Part shown: piece by piece, positions 8,174-16,245 of the stretch
Layout: every line of letters starts with the position of its first letter
Position numbering within the stretch: the first letter of the stretch is position 1
Assembly: GCA_964599225.1 (NCBI GenBank)
Contig: CAZRDO010000006.1
Span: 1 to 55,453 of the forward strand
Direction: 5' to 3'
DNA length: 55,453 bases
DNA from: an uncultured Candidatus Saccharibacteria bacterium
GTDB lineage: Bacteria > Patescibacteriota > Minisyncoccia > Phycocordibacterales > UBA9973
Translations under genes and position numbers: made by a program
The notes under the pieces: model-generated
Database searches by the model: none
What the model saw: the letters and a program-made list of their open reading frames with translations, nothing else
Told to the model about the DNA's origin: nothing

Positions 8174-8653
8174 ATGAAAATCATAATGTTTGTCATTGCC
8201 ATTCTTGCAGCACATACGGTAGTTGCACAAGACACTCTCAACCCTAAGAAATTGTTTCAAAAAGTATCAGGGGGAGCAATTTTCGCCGAAAGTGCGAGTA
8301 CCTCATTCTCAAAAGAACAAAAACCGTTCACTATTGGACAGAATCTGCTTGCGAATGTGTTGGTTATTACACCGAAAACATTCCATAACTTTTTCTATAG
8401 TTTCGGGGGGAATAATATTGCAACACTTAATGGCTACTTTCTACCTCGTGGGTGGGATACATACGTCATCTATGCTAAGAGTTTGGATTCAGATGGAAAT
8501 TATCTGGGACTCGGTATAGAGAAGATGGTGAAAGTACATGAAGGAGTGAACATTTTTCTGTTTACAGAGGTCGGCACAGGTTTTGCAGGAAAGATGTCAG
8601 TAACCTTCGGTCTTCTTCTTTCCGCACAGTGCAAGATTTGGGCGAGGAAATGA
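8174..8653 (+). CDS. Secreted hypothetical protein with a possible small beta-barrel-like pattern
   Basis: Signal-like MKIIMFVIAILAAHTVVAQ. Alternating hydrophobic pattern and a C-terminal aromatic residue. No family recognised. Confidence 0.5.
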   Translation: MKIIMFVIAILAAHTVVAQDTLNPKKLFQKVSGGAIFAESASTSFSKEQKPFTIGQNLLANVLVITPKTFHNFFYSFGGNNIATLNGYFLPRGWDTYVIYAKSLDSDGNYLGLGIEKMVKVHEGVNIFLFTEVGTGFAGKMSVTFGLLLSAQCKIWARK

Positions 8654-8659
8654 TTTTAC

Positions 8660-8697
8660 ACCGGGTTCATTTGGAAATATGAACCCGGTATTTATTT
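8660..8697 (+). terminator. Intrinsic terminator
   Basis: accgggttcat-loop-atgaacccggt followed by a T-rich tract. Confidence 0.75.
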
Positions 8698-8721
8698 GTT
8701 CGAATATTAAACTTAAAAATC

Positions 8722-8988
8722 ATGAAAGAAATATTTCTAATGATTGCCCCATATAGTACATTGTTTTTCCTCACAACATTTCTACCAGAAATCATCAGAA
8801 ATTTGAGGAAGAAAATATATGCAAGCGGCACACTACTCTCTTGGATATTACGTCTGATAATCTGTGTGATATTTGGTATCTACAGCCTAATGATTAAGGA
8901 AGATGTTGTAGGCATTGTTCATGTTATTGCGGCCATACTCATAATGATAATTATTTTCCAATGGTTTTGGTATAAGCATGCGAAGTAA
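8722..8988 (+). CDS. 3-TM small membrane protein, SemiSWEET / PQ-loop-like
   Basis: 88 aa with three hydrophobic helices. FFLTTFLPEIIRNLRKK resembles the SemiSWEET TM1 motif LTTxSFxPQ, with PE in place of PQ. Confidence 0.5.
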   Translation: MKEIFLMIAPYSTLFFLTTFLPEIIRNLRKKIYASGTLLSWILRLIICVIFGIYSLMIKEDVVGIVHVIAAILIMIIIFQWFWYKHAK

Positions 8989-9015
8989 AATGTACATTGA
9001 ATCATAGCCAAAATA

Positions 9016-9047
9016 AAAAATCCCTAAGTTTTGTCTTAGGGATTTTT
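9016..9047. terminator. Bidirectional intrinsic terminator (8722 gene / rny, convergent)
   Basis: aaaaatccctaag-ttttgt-cttagggattttt. Confidence 0.8.
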
Positions 9048-9070
9048 CTTTGTTCTATTATGGTAGATAC

Positions 9071-10606
9071 CTATCTCGCGTACTCAATCACTCTATTCTC
9101 TCGGATCACCATGACTTTAATTTCACCAGGATATTTGAGTTCACGTTCAATCTTCAGTGCGATTTCACGAGCGAGTTCCTTGGCTTCAATGTCAGTTGTT
9201 TTCTCTGGAGTGACAAACACACGAACTTCACGGCCGGCCGATAGGGCATAGGTTTTCTCAACTGAAGCAAAGCTTGTCACGAGTGCTTCGAGATCGGCGA
9301 GACGTTTCAAATAGTTCTCAACAGTGTCGCGACGTGCACCAGGACGGCCACCTGAGATGGCATCAGCAGTTTGGACGATGATTGACTCAATCGTCTCATA
9401 AGGATACTCATTGTGATGACTCTTCATGGCAGTGATGACTCGAGGGTCGGCACCAAATTTCTGAAGAATTCTGATACCAATATCAACATGTGTACCCTGT
9501 ACCTCGTGGTCGAGAGCCTTGCCGATGTCATGGACGAGTGCGCCTGCTTTGGCCACGTAGACATCCCCACCGAGCTCTTCGGCAAGCATACTGGCAATAT
9601 GTGCCATCTCGATTGAGTGCTGGAGCACGTTCTGACCGTAGCTTGTGCGGAAGTAGAGGCGGCCGAGGATAGCAATGATGCGGGGATCAAAGTTGAAGAT
9701 TCCGCACTCATAGACTGCTTGTTCACCTTTTTCTTTGATAATTTTGTTGATTTCAGCTTTGGCTTTCTCAACTTCTTCTTCAATCTTGGCTGGCTGAATA
9801 CGGCCATCGAGAATGAGATTCTCAAGTGCAACGCGTGCAGTCTGACGACGTACTGGGTCAAACGATGAGATGATGATGGTGCCAGGTGTATCGTCGACGA
9901 TGAGTTCAACGCCGGCTGCGCGTTCAAAGGCCCGGATATTGCGACCTTCTTTTCCAATAATCTTACCTTTGATTTCGTCATTTGGAATTGGTACTGACGT
10001 CGTCATGTATTCTGAAGCAGTCGAAGAGGCGAGCCGTTGAATTGTGGTCGCAAGAATATCTTTGGCGCGACGTTCGAGCTTGTCCTCGGTAGCAGTTTCA
10101 AGTTTCTGCATGCGTACAAGCAAATCCTCCTCGTATTGTTTCTCAAGATCAAGCACGAGAGAAGCCCGGGCTTCTTCACGCGTGAGGTGAGCGATTTTTT
10201 CAAGTGACGTTTCGCGTTCAAGCACGAGGGCATCAGCACGCTCTTTGATTCTCCTAATCTCCTCTGCTTGGAGTTTCAAATTTTCGACTTCCTTATCAAT
10301 TTCAGTCTGACGTGCATCGAGGAGTTCTTCTTTTTTAATTAAGCGTTCCTCTGTACGCTTGAAGTCCTCAGTTTTCGCACGTTCAAGATTGCGCAGTTCG
10401 ACATCTTTCTCCTCGGCTTTTTTCTTGGCTCCTTCGATGACACTCTGGGCTTCTTCTTTGGCACCCACGAGCATTTGTTTGATATCAATTTCGATTGAAC
10501 GACGCTTACCGAGCGCAATGAAAAGTCGGGCATAATAGCCGACGACCGCTCCGATGCCTAGCGCGGCGAGCGTGACAATCAGTACAAATAATATTCGCAT
10601 AAGCAA
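9071..10606 (-). CDS. rny: Ribonuclease Y
   Basis: N-terminal TM, long coiled-coil, KH domain (GKIIGKEGRNIRAFE) and HD domain (HSIEMAH...VHDIGK). Confidence 0.9.
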   Translation of the reverse strand: MLMRILFVLIVTLAALGIGAVVGYYARLFIALGKRRSIEIDIKQMLVGAKEEAQSVIEGAKKKAEEKDVELRNLERAKTEDFKRTEERLIKKEELLDARQTEIDKEVENLKLQAEEIRRIKERADALVLERETSLEKIAHLTREEARASLVLDLEKQYEEDLLVRMQKLETATEDKLERRAKDILATTIQRLASSTASEYMTTSVPIPNDEIKGKIIGKEGRNIRAFERAAGVELIVDDTPGTIIISSFDPVRRQTARVALENLILDGRIQPAKIEEEVEKAKAEINKIIKEKGEQAVYECGIFNFDPRIIAILGRLYFRTSYGQNVLQHSIEMAHIASMLAEELGGDVYVAKAGALVHDIGKALDHEVQGTHVDIGIRILQKFGADPRVITAMKSHHNEYPYETIESIIVQTADAISGGRPGARRDTVENYLKRLADLEALVTSFASVEKTYALSAGREVRVFVTPEKTTDIEAKELAREIALKIERELKYPGEIKVMVIRENRVIEYAR

Positions 10607-10796
10607 TAATGTTGCTTACTCGATTCCCAAAAAAAGACAAAACTACGAACGGAATATTCGCAAAATCATTCTAAAGTTCCTAAGTGAAAAGTTGAAGTTT
10701 TGTAGGCTCATGAAAAACGAGTAATCAGCGGATGAATTTTTAATAGTCGATAGGTTGAGAATAGCAAATGGGCCAATCCTTGTCGAGGGACGTTCG

Positions 10797-10844
10797 TATT
10801 CAATTCCTTGGCCTATGTCAGAACAGCGGCCAAGGAATTGAATA
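10797..10844. repeat. 17-bp perfect inverted repeat with a 14-nt loop in the divergent rny / 10945 intergenic region
   Basis: tattcaattccttggcc (10797-10813) pairs with ggccaaggaattgaata (10828-10844). No flanking T run. Confidence 0.7.
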
Positions 10845-10944
10845 TTCGCTTAGGTAGAAATGAGCACCCATACTTTGGTTGAAGTTTGATTCATTGACAA
10901 GTTAATATAGTAGTGTTAGATTCAGATTAGAAAAACTTCAAATA

Positions 10945-11625
10945 ATGCTAAAGAATGTCTTTTTATTACTGATTACATCAATCAGTTCAGTTTCTGTTTT
11001 TGCCCAAACGAGCAAACAAACACAGAAGTTGCTGAAAAAGAATTTCAGTCAGATTGATACGTTTTCACTCACATCATGCACAAGATTTGAGGATGGATTT
11101 GAAACAGCAGAATCATTTAACCAATTTATGGACACCAATGGGTTATATGCTGACGGTGAATATTATTACGAATTAAGGAATCGTGCGACAACAACGGACA
11201 CTCCCTTTTTCGGATATCAGAACATATTGTTAATGAAAGCCAAGAAAAGAAATGTTGCCGCCTGGCTTGAGACAATGCAAGTAATGGGAGTACATCAGCC
11301 AAATGTATATCAATTATATCTTTTTTGGATATGTAAGCGTGATTCCTTGTTGGGTAGGTATGGCCCGTACCTCAGGGAGACTTTCTTAATTAGAAAACCT
11401 ACCACTTTTGATCCTGGCTATAAACATCTGACATCAAAGCAGTGGGACTCATCATATCGATGGGACGATCTATTCATAAATTGTCCAAAAGGAGATTGCT
11501 ATGATTCATTTTTCGGATATTGGATTGATGATGGAAACGATCGACGCCATTGGTATATGTTTTGGGAGAAAAAGTACCAGAAAGCAAGCAAATATACACC
11601 ACATTTTGTTGTTGTTCTGCAGTAA
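10945..11625 (+). CDS. Secreted hypothetical protein
   Basis: Signal-like MLKNVFLLLITSISSVSVFAQ. ORF followed by a terminator. Confidence 0.55.
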   Translation: MLKNVFLLLITSISSVSVFAQTSKQTQKLLKKNFSQIDTFSLTSCTRFEDGFETAESFNQFMDTNGLYADGEYYYELRNRATTTDTPFFGYQNILLMKAKKRNVAAWLETMQVMGVHQPNVYQLYLFWICKRDSLLGRYGPYLRETFLIRKPTTFDPGYKHLTSKQWDSSYRWDDLFINCPKGDCYDSFFGYWIDDGNDRRHWYMFWEKKYQKASKYTPHFVVVLQ

Positions 11626-11631
11626 TTAAAA

Positions 11632-11657
11632 CCCCTGATTTATTCAGGGATTTTTTA
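11632..11657. terminator. Intrinsic terminator (convergent with clpP)
   Basis: ccctga-tttat-tcaggg followed by tttttt. Confidence 0.65.
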
Positions 11658-11689
11658 TTTTCTTTCAGCTCCCACCTTAAACCTTTCGG

Positions 11690-12274
11690 CTAGTTTTTGG
11701 CTTTCGAGATCACGTCATCAATGAGTCCATATTTCTTGGCTTCATCGGCTTCCATGATGTTGTCGCGATCGGTGTCTTTGTCGACCTTGTCGACTTTTTG
11801 TCCCGTATGTTTGGCGAGAAGTTCATTAATTTTCTTTTTCCATTTGAGAATTTCGCGGGCATGAATTTCGACATCTGAAGCCTGGCCTGATGCACCACCG
11901 AGCACTTGGTGAATGAGAATGCGAGAGTTTGGAAGAGCGAAGCGCTTATTTTTAGCGCCACCAGCAAGGAGTACTGCGCCCATTGAGGCAGCCATACCGA
12001 CACAGAGTGTGCTGACATCTGGTTTGATGTACTGCATGGTGTCATAAATTGCCATACCAGCGGTAACTGAACCACCTGGAGAATTGATGTAGAGCTGAAT
12101 ATCTTTCTTTGGATCTTCATTGGCGAGGAATATGAGTTGGGCAATGACAAGATTGGCTGTGTAGTCGTTGATTTCATCGTTGAGGAAAATGATGCGATCA
12201 CGAAGAAGGCGAGAAAAAATATCATAGGCGCGTTCGCCGAATTGGGATTTTTCGATGACTGTGGGGATTAACAT
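11690..12274 (-). CDS. clpP: ATP-dependent Clp protease proteolytic subunit
   Basis: [18 protein letters not shown]...[11 protein letters not shown]...[10 protein letters not shown]...IHQ is the ClpP Ser-His-Asp context. Confidence 0.95.
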   Translation of the reverse strand: MLIPTVIEKSQFGERAYDIFSRLLRDRIIFLNDEINDYTANLVIAQLIFLANEDPKKDIQLYINSPGGSVTAGMAIYDTMQYIKPDVSTLCVGMAASMGAVLLAGGAKNKRFALPNSRILIHQVLGGASGQASDVEIHAREILKWKKKINELLAKHTGQKVDKVDKDTDRDNIMEADEAKKYGLIDDVISKAKN

Positions 12275-12277
12275 AGA

Positions 12278-12293
12278 AATTAGTAAATAGTTA
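12278..12293 (-). promoter_or_regulatory. 16-nt leader element (coding strand TAACTATTTACTAATT) ending 3 nt before the clpP ATG
   Basis: Identical 16-mer at the same spacing before ppa (16217-16232). Further TAGTAAATAG copies at 12334-12350. Confidence 0.5.
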
Positions 12294-12498
12294 GCTTGCC
12301 CGACTGAAGGACGAACTCAGTCATTCGGGTGGGTAGTAAATAGTAAATAGAGTTTAGAGTGACAGGACGGCTACTTACTCGAGCAGAGTATAGCAGAAAA
12401 GCGAAAGGTTGATAACGCGTCACACGAAAGACTGTAACACGTTATACTTAGCATGGTCTTCGTCGGGCCTTATTAATAAAAAATCTATCTTACTTAAT

Positions 12499-12933
12499 AT
12501 GAATTTAAAATCATTTACGATCCCACTCCTAGGCCTCGCACTCTTTGCTTCATCAGCAGTCGTCGCTTTTGCAGCCACACCTATGGATGCTCTTGGCCGA
12601 ATGGATGAACTCAATACTCGAATTAACACAATCGAACAGCGTTTCATGCATGTTCGTGATTTACTTGCGAACCGCAAGATGGATGTTTCTGCTATCAATG
12701 CTGAAATCCAAGTAGTCGAACAAAAGAAAGCACAAGTTATGACTGATCTCGAAGCATTTCGTACACTCTATAACGCTGACCCAACAGGTTACCAGCAAAG
12801 TGCAACCAAGCGTGCAGCTCTTGAGACTGCTGCAGCGAAAGTAAAGACAAGTCTACAAGCATACATTACTGAACTCAAGACACTCCGGGATGTGATTTCA
12901 CGAGTCCTTGAAGCAAACGGATTCAATAAATAA
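12499..12933 (+). CDS. Secreted alpha-helical protein (paralog family with 14815-15516 and 39710-40204)
   Basis: Signal MNLKSFTIPLLGLALFASSAVVAFAA, then heptad-like helical sequence. Shares the FAAT...R(M)D...I...L...LR layout with the 39710 protein. Confidence 0.6.
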   Translation: MNLKSFTIPLLGLALFASSAVVAFAATPMDALGRMDELNTRINTIEQRFMHVRDLLANRKMDVSAINAEIQVVEQKKAQVMTDLEAFRTLYNADPTGYQQSATKRAALETAAAKVKTSLQAYITELKTLRDVISRVLEANGFNK

Positions 12934-12979
12934 TTCTGACCACGTTGGATGAGTTATTATTAAATAACATATTGATATT

Positions 12980-13270
12980 ATGCGACAAGGAGAAAAAGGA
13001 ATTTTGATTGGAGTACTTGCGGTAGTACTCATTGTGGTTATCATTCTGGTTACACGGAATTCTGGTACTTCCATGATGACTACTGAATATAATGATGCAA
13101 GTGGTTCGCTTGATGGGACCTCGGCAGATGGAATTGATACTAGTTTCAGTGGTACAACTACTGGTACGACAACAGGTGGAACCTCTGATGCAGAAATTCT
13201 TAGTGAATTTGGTGCAGCAGGAGCTTCGCTTGATGGAACAAATACAGACGCTATTAGTACAGATTACTAA
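12980..13270 (+). CDS. Small single-pass membrane protein with an S/T/G/D-rich tail
   Basis: TM GILIGVLAVVLIVVIILV, internal repeat SLDGT(S/N)(A/T)D(G/A)I, and a terminator directly downstream. Confidence 0.5.
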   Translation: MRQGEKGILIGVLAVVLIVVIILVTRNSGTSMMTTEYNDASGSLDGTSADGIDTSFSGTTTGTTTGGTSDAEILSEFGAAGASLDGTNTDAISTDY

Positions 13271-13277
13271 AGCCAAA

Positions 13278-13322
13278 CTACAATATAAAAACACGCGAAA
13301 ATCGCGTGTTTTTATATTGTAG
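13278..13322. terminator. Bidirectional terminator, 21-nt palindromic arms (convergent with tig)
   Basis: ctacaatataaaaacacgcga-aaa-tcgcgtgtttttatattgtag. Confidence 0.85.
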
Positions 13323-13329
13323 TCATAAT

Positions 13330-14400
13330 TTATGAAGAGAGTGTCTCGATAAATTCAAGGACTTTATTGCGAGTGAGTACTTGCCGGATGTATGCGCCAA
13401 GTGAAATGAGATCAGCTTCGGGGTATGCTGTACGCGCATGTTCGAGCTCTTTCTCCATCGCCTCTTTATCGGGCTCGATGCCTTCAGTTTTAGCAATGGT
13501 CTCGAGGATGAGTTCAAGTTTTGCTCTTTTTTCGGCATCATTTCTGAGATCATTTCGCATGTCTTCCTCAGTCTTCTTTACATTTTCAAGATACTTAGGA
13601 AAAGTGAGTCCCATAGCTTCCATGTCATGTTTCATGCGTGCAAGCATTGATTCGATTTCATAGCCGACTAATACTTCAGGGACTTCAATCGTAAATGAAG
13701 CGATAAGGGTGTCCAGAAGTGCGAGACGTTTACGTTCCTGATTCTTGTATTTCTTCTCAGCAGCTAAATTGTCTTTGAGCTTAGCTTTGAATTCATCAAC
13801 AGTTTTGAAATTACCGAGGGTTGCGACGAATGCGTCATCAACGAGCGGAAGGTTTTCATTTGTGAGTTCAGGATGATCGTGATGATCATGTGGTGCTGTG
13901 GCACTTGCGTCATCATGCTCGTGGAGTTTCTGGTGTGCTCGATATTTTCTAATATCAAGCAATGCCTCATCTATTTCCATATCAGTCACTGCTTCCGCAA
14001 GCGCTTCAAATTTCACAGATTGCAATCGAGCTTTGTAGTCTCCGAGTTCAATCTTTGGGAGTGTTGCAACCTTTATCTTAAATTCTAGCGGGTTACTTCG
14101 AGCAAGCTTTGTGATCATGATTTCTGGCTTGCCGATTGCGTCAATTTTGTGTTCAGTAATAATGTTCGGATATAGATCACGAAGCGCAATCTCTGCCGCA
14201 CGTTCAAGTAATGTGTCAGCCCCAAGATGAGCTTTGGCCACGTCTTCTGGGACCTTGCCCTTACGAAATCCAGGGAGTTCAAGTGTGGTAAGTAATTCAG
14301 TAAGTGCGGTCTGCTCATATGCACCAAACACCTCCCAAGCCAGACTACCTTCTATCTCAAGTTCGCCTTTTGGTAATGTTGTTATTTTTATATGTTCCAT
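13330..14400 (-). CDS. tig: Trigger factor
   Basis: MEHIKITTLPKGELEIEGSL...LPGFRKGKVP ribosome-binding signature and a long acidic helical C-terminal domain. ATG at 14400 chosen over the upstream ATG. Confidence 0.85.
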   Translation of the reverse strand: MEHIKITTLPKGELEIEGSLAWEVFGAYEQTALTELLTTLELPGFRKGKVPEDVAKAHLGADTLLERAAEIALRDLYPNIITEHKIDAIGKPEIMITKLARSNPLEFKIKVATLPKIELGDYKARLQSVKFEALAEAVTDMEIDEALLDIRKYRAHQKLHEHDDASATAPHDHHDHPELTNENLPLVDDAFVATLGNFKTVDEFKAKLKDNLAAEKKYKNQERKRLALLDTLIASFTIEVPEVLVGYEIESMLARMKHDMEAMGLTFPKYLENVKKTEEDMRNDLRNDAEKRAKLELILETIAKTEGIEPDKEAMEKELEHARTAYPEADLISLGAYIRQVLTRNKVLEFIETLSS

Positions 14401-14435
14401 GACGGACATCCTAACAGTACTCAGCCATAGAGTCA

Positions 14436-14463
14436 AAAAATCCCGACATATGTCGGGATTTTT
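14436..14463 (-). terminator. Intrinsic terminator downstream of the 14482-14778 gene
   Basis: aaaaatcccgaca-ta-tgtcgggattttt. Confidence 0.75.
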
Positions 14464-14481
14464 CAAGTAAAAGTTTAAGTA

Positions 14482-14778
14482 TTACTGAACGTTTGAAGTA
14501 CTGTCGAAGTCTACACTATTGAGATCTGACTCGATACCTGAAAGGTCGTCTGACGAAGAATCGAGCTCGGCTGAGATGTCACTATCACTTCCACCTTCCA
14601 TGTCAGTAGTTGCGGTGCCGTTCGTATTTGTTGGGGCAACCACAGTGCTACTTTTTTGACTCAGTACAAGTGCAATGATAATGATAAGAATAATAACGAC
14701 TGCGATAATGATTCCTCCTTTACCTTTCTTTTCTGGCATAGTGTTCATTGAAGGATTTGTGTTGTTCATTGGTTCCAT
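14482..14778 (-). CDS. Small single-pass membrane protein with an acidic S/D-rich tail
   Basis: TM GGIIIAVVIILIIIIALVL, then TNTNGTATTDMEGGSDSDISAELDSSSDD. Confidence 0.5.
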   Translation of the reverse strand: MEPMNNTNPSMNTMPEKKGKGGIIIAVVIILIIIIALVLSQKSSTVVAPTNTNGTATTDMEGGSDSDISAELDSSSDDLSGIESDLNSVDFDSTSNVQ

Positions 14779-14814
14779 AGTATATGTGGTGTTTTAAATT
14801 TTAATAAATAATAT

Positions 14815-15516
14815 CTAATGAATGCTTTCGTTTAACGTAGCGGAAGTTGTACTTTGTGATTGAACCCCCACTGCATCTTTAATTGATTGTACCACATTCA
14901 TAAGTGTGGCACGAGTGTCGGTAAGCGCATTGCGAGCTTCGAGAGCAAGTGCCTGAACAGATTCCTTAGTCGCACTAGAGTCTTTGAACAGTACTTGAAT
15001 CTCTGAGACTTTCTCCTTGGCAGTGGCAAAAGAGCTATTGGCTTCACTCATGAGCGCATCAATCTCTGCGGTATCTTCTCCGGCATTTTCTATTTTATTA
15101 ATGCGTGAAGAGAGACGCGTCATAATATTTTCTAAATTATGTAGTCCCACTTCAAAATTCTTACTAACACGTTCTCGAACTACTGTGCGGTCTTCCGTTT
15201 GGAGAGAAGTAGTGTGTTTGGTGAAAGGGGTAAGAAGAGATCCTTCACGACCTTCTTTGTGTGAGGAAAAGAAGTCTCGTACTCCATGCTTGTTTCTCTC
15301 TATCTCTGGCATGTCGCGTCGGATTACGTCGTGCACTCCAATTGGTGCAATATCACTTCCGCTCTGAGTTTCTATGGTAGTTTCAGAATCACTCTCGAGA
15401 ACAGTGCTCTCTTCGAGAGTTGTACTAGTTCCAACATTTTTCTCAGCATGCGCTACAAAGAGAGGTGAAGCAAAAGCGAGAAATCCGATGCATAGTAAAA
15501 AAGTAGATAATTTCAT
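14815..15516 (-). CDS. Secreted alpha-helical protein (paralog family)
   Basis: Signal MKLSTFLLCIGFLAFASPLFVAHA. The C-terminal helical region resembles the 12499 and 39710 proteins (ARNAL..., ...L..V). Confidence 0.6.
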   Translation of the reverse strand: MKLSTFLLCIGFLAFASPLFVAHAEKNVGTSTTLEESTVLESDSETTIETQSGSDIAPIGVHDVIRRDMPEIERNKHGVRDFFSSHKEGREGSLLTPFTKHTTSLQTEDRTVVRERVSKNFEVGLHNLENIMTRLSSRINKIENAGEDTAEIDALMSEANSSFATAKEKVSEIQVLFKDSSATKESVQALALEARNALTDTRATLMNVVQSIKDAVGVQSQSTTSATLNESIH

Positions 15517-15576
15517 TGTTTAGTATTATTTTTCTAATAAAGATCCACAGGGATCAGACCATAGAAGTATAACAGA

Positions 15577-15602
15577 AAAGAGGTCTTGGAAGACCTCTTT
15601 TT
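15577..15602 (-). terminator. Intrinsic terminator downstream of ppa
   Basis: aaaagaggtctt-g-gaagacctctttt palindrome. Confidence 0.75.
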
Positions 15603-15628
15603 GTGGAAATTCTAGAAACGTATTCTAG

Positions 15629-16213
15629 CTATTCAAATTTGGAAGCGTATTCACGAGTATAGCGATCTGCACACTCTCGAATTGTCTTCATGGCCTCATC
15701 TTTGTCAAAAAATCCAAGAGGCTTACACGTCCCTGGCTTCTTGAGGTCTTTATAGTGTTCAAAATAGTGCTCTATTTCCTTGAGTGCGTGCTCGCCAAGA
15801 TCGGCAAGACTTTTGATATGATCTGAACGCTTATCATCGGAAAGTACTGCAATTATTTTGTCGTCACGCTCTCCGCCGTCTTCAAATTTCATGACACCAA
15901 TGATTCGAGCTTCTACGAGAGAGCCTGGTACGAGCACTTCAGTTACGCGAGGGAAAATAATGTCGAGCAAATCATTATCTGCATCCCATGTTTGTGGAAT
16001 TGCACCATATGCGACTGGGTAGTCGAGCGATGAGTAGCCGACGCGATCAAGCTTAAGCGTGCCACTTTCAGTGATGAATTCATATTTATTGATTGATCCG
16101 GCGTTGATTTCCATGAGCGCATTGGCAATGCCTTTTTCTTCATCAACAAAAGGAGGAAGCACATGCAAGAGATTGAGCATGTACTTTGAAGGTTTGTGAT
16201 TTATGTTAGCCAT
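15629..16213 (-). CDS. ppa: Inorganic pyrophosphatase (family I)
   Basis: DYPVAYGAIPQTWDADNDLLDIIF...GERDDKIIAV...HYFEHYKDL follows the family I PPase acidic motif layout. Confidence 0.85.
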   Translation of the reverse strand: MANINHKPSKYMLNLLHVLPPFVDEEKGIANALMEINAGSINKYEFITESGTLKLDRVGYSSLDYPVAYGAIPQTWDADNDLLDIIFPRVTEVLVPGSLVEARIIGVMKFEDGGERDDKIIAVLSDDKRSDHIKSLADLGEHALKEIEHYFEHYKDLKKPGTCKPLGFFDKDEAMKTIRECADRYTREYASKFE

Positions 16214-16216
16214 ACG

Positions 16217-16232
16217 AATTAGTAAATAGTTA
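16217..16232 (-). promoter_or_regulatory. 16-nt leader element (coding strand TAACTATTTACTAATT) ending 3 nt before the ppa ATG
   Basis: Identical to 12278-12293 upstream of clpP. A second TAGTAAATAG copy lies at 16234-16243. Confidence 0.5.
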
Positions 16233-16245
16233 ATAGTAAATAGAA

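Noticed and set aside
9424-9981. 185-aa ORF and several 60-85-aa ORFs overlapping rny in other frames or on the other strand
   Set aside because: They lie entirely within the well-supported RNase Y gene (KH and HD motifs). Their compositions are low-complexity (S/L/K/R-rich), typical of shadow frames.
11710-12225. 171-aa ORF in an alternative frame of clpP
   Set aside because: The clpP frame carries the full catalytic-triad motifs. The alternative frame has no recognisable features.
12923-13294. 123-aa Cys-rich minus-strand ORF antisense to 12980-13270
   Set aside because: The + strand ORF has a clear TM segment and repeats and ends right at a terminator. The minus-strand ORF would run through that terminator. 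This call is still low confidence.
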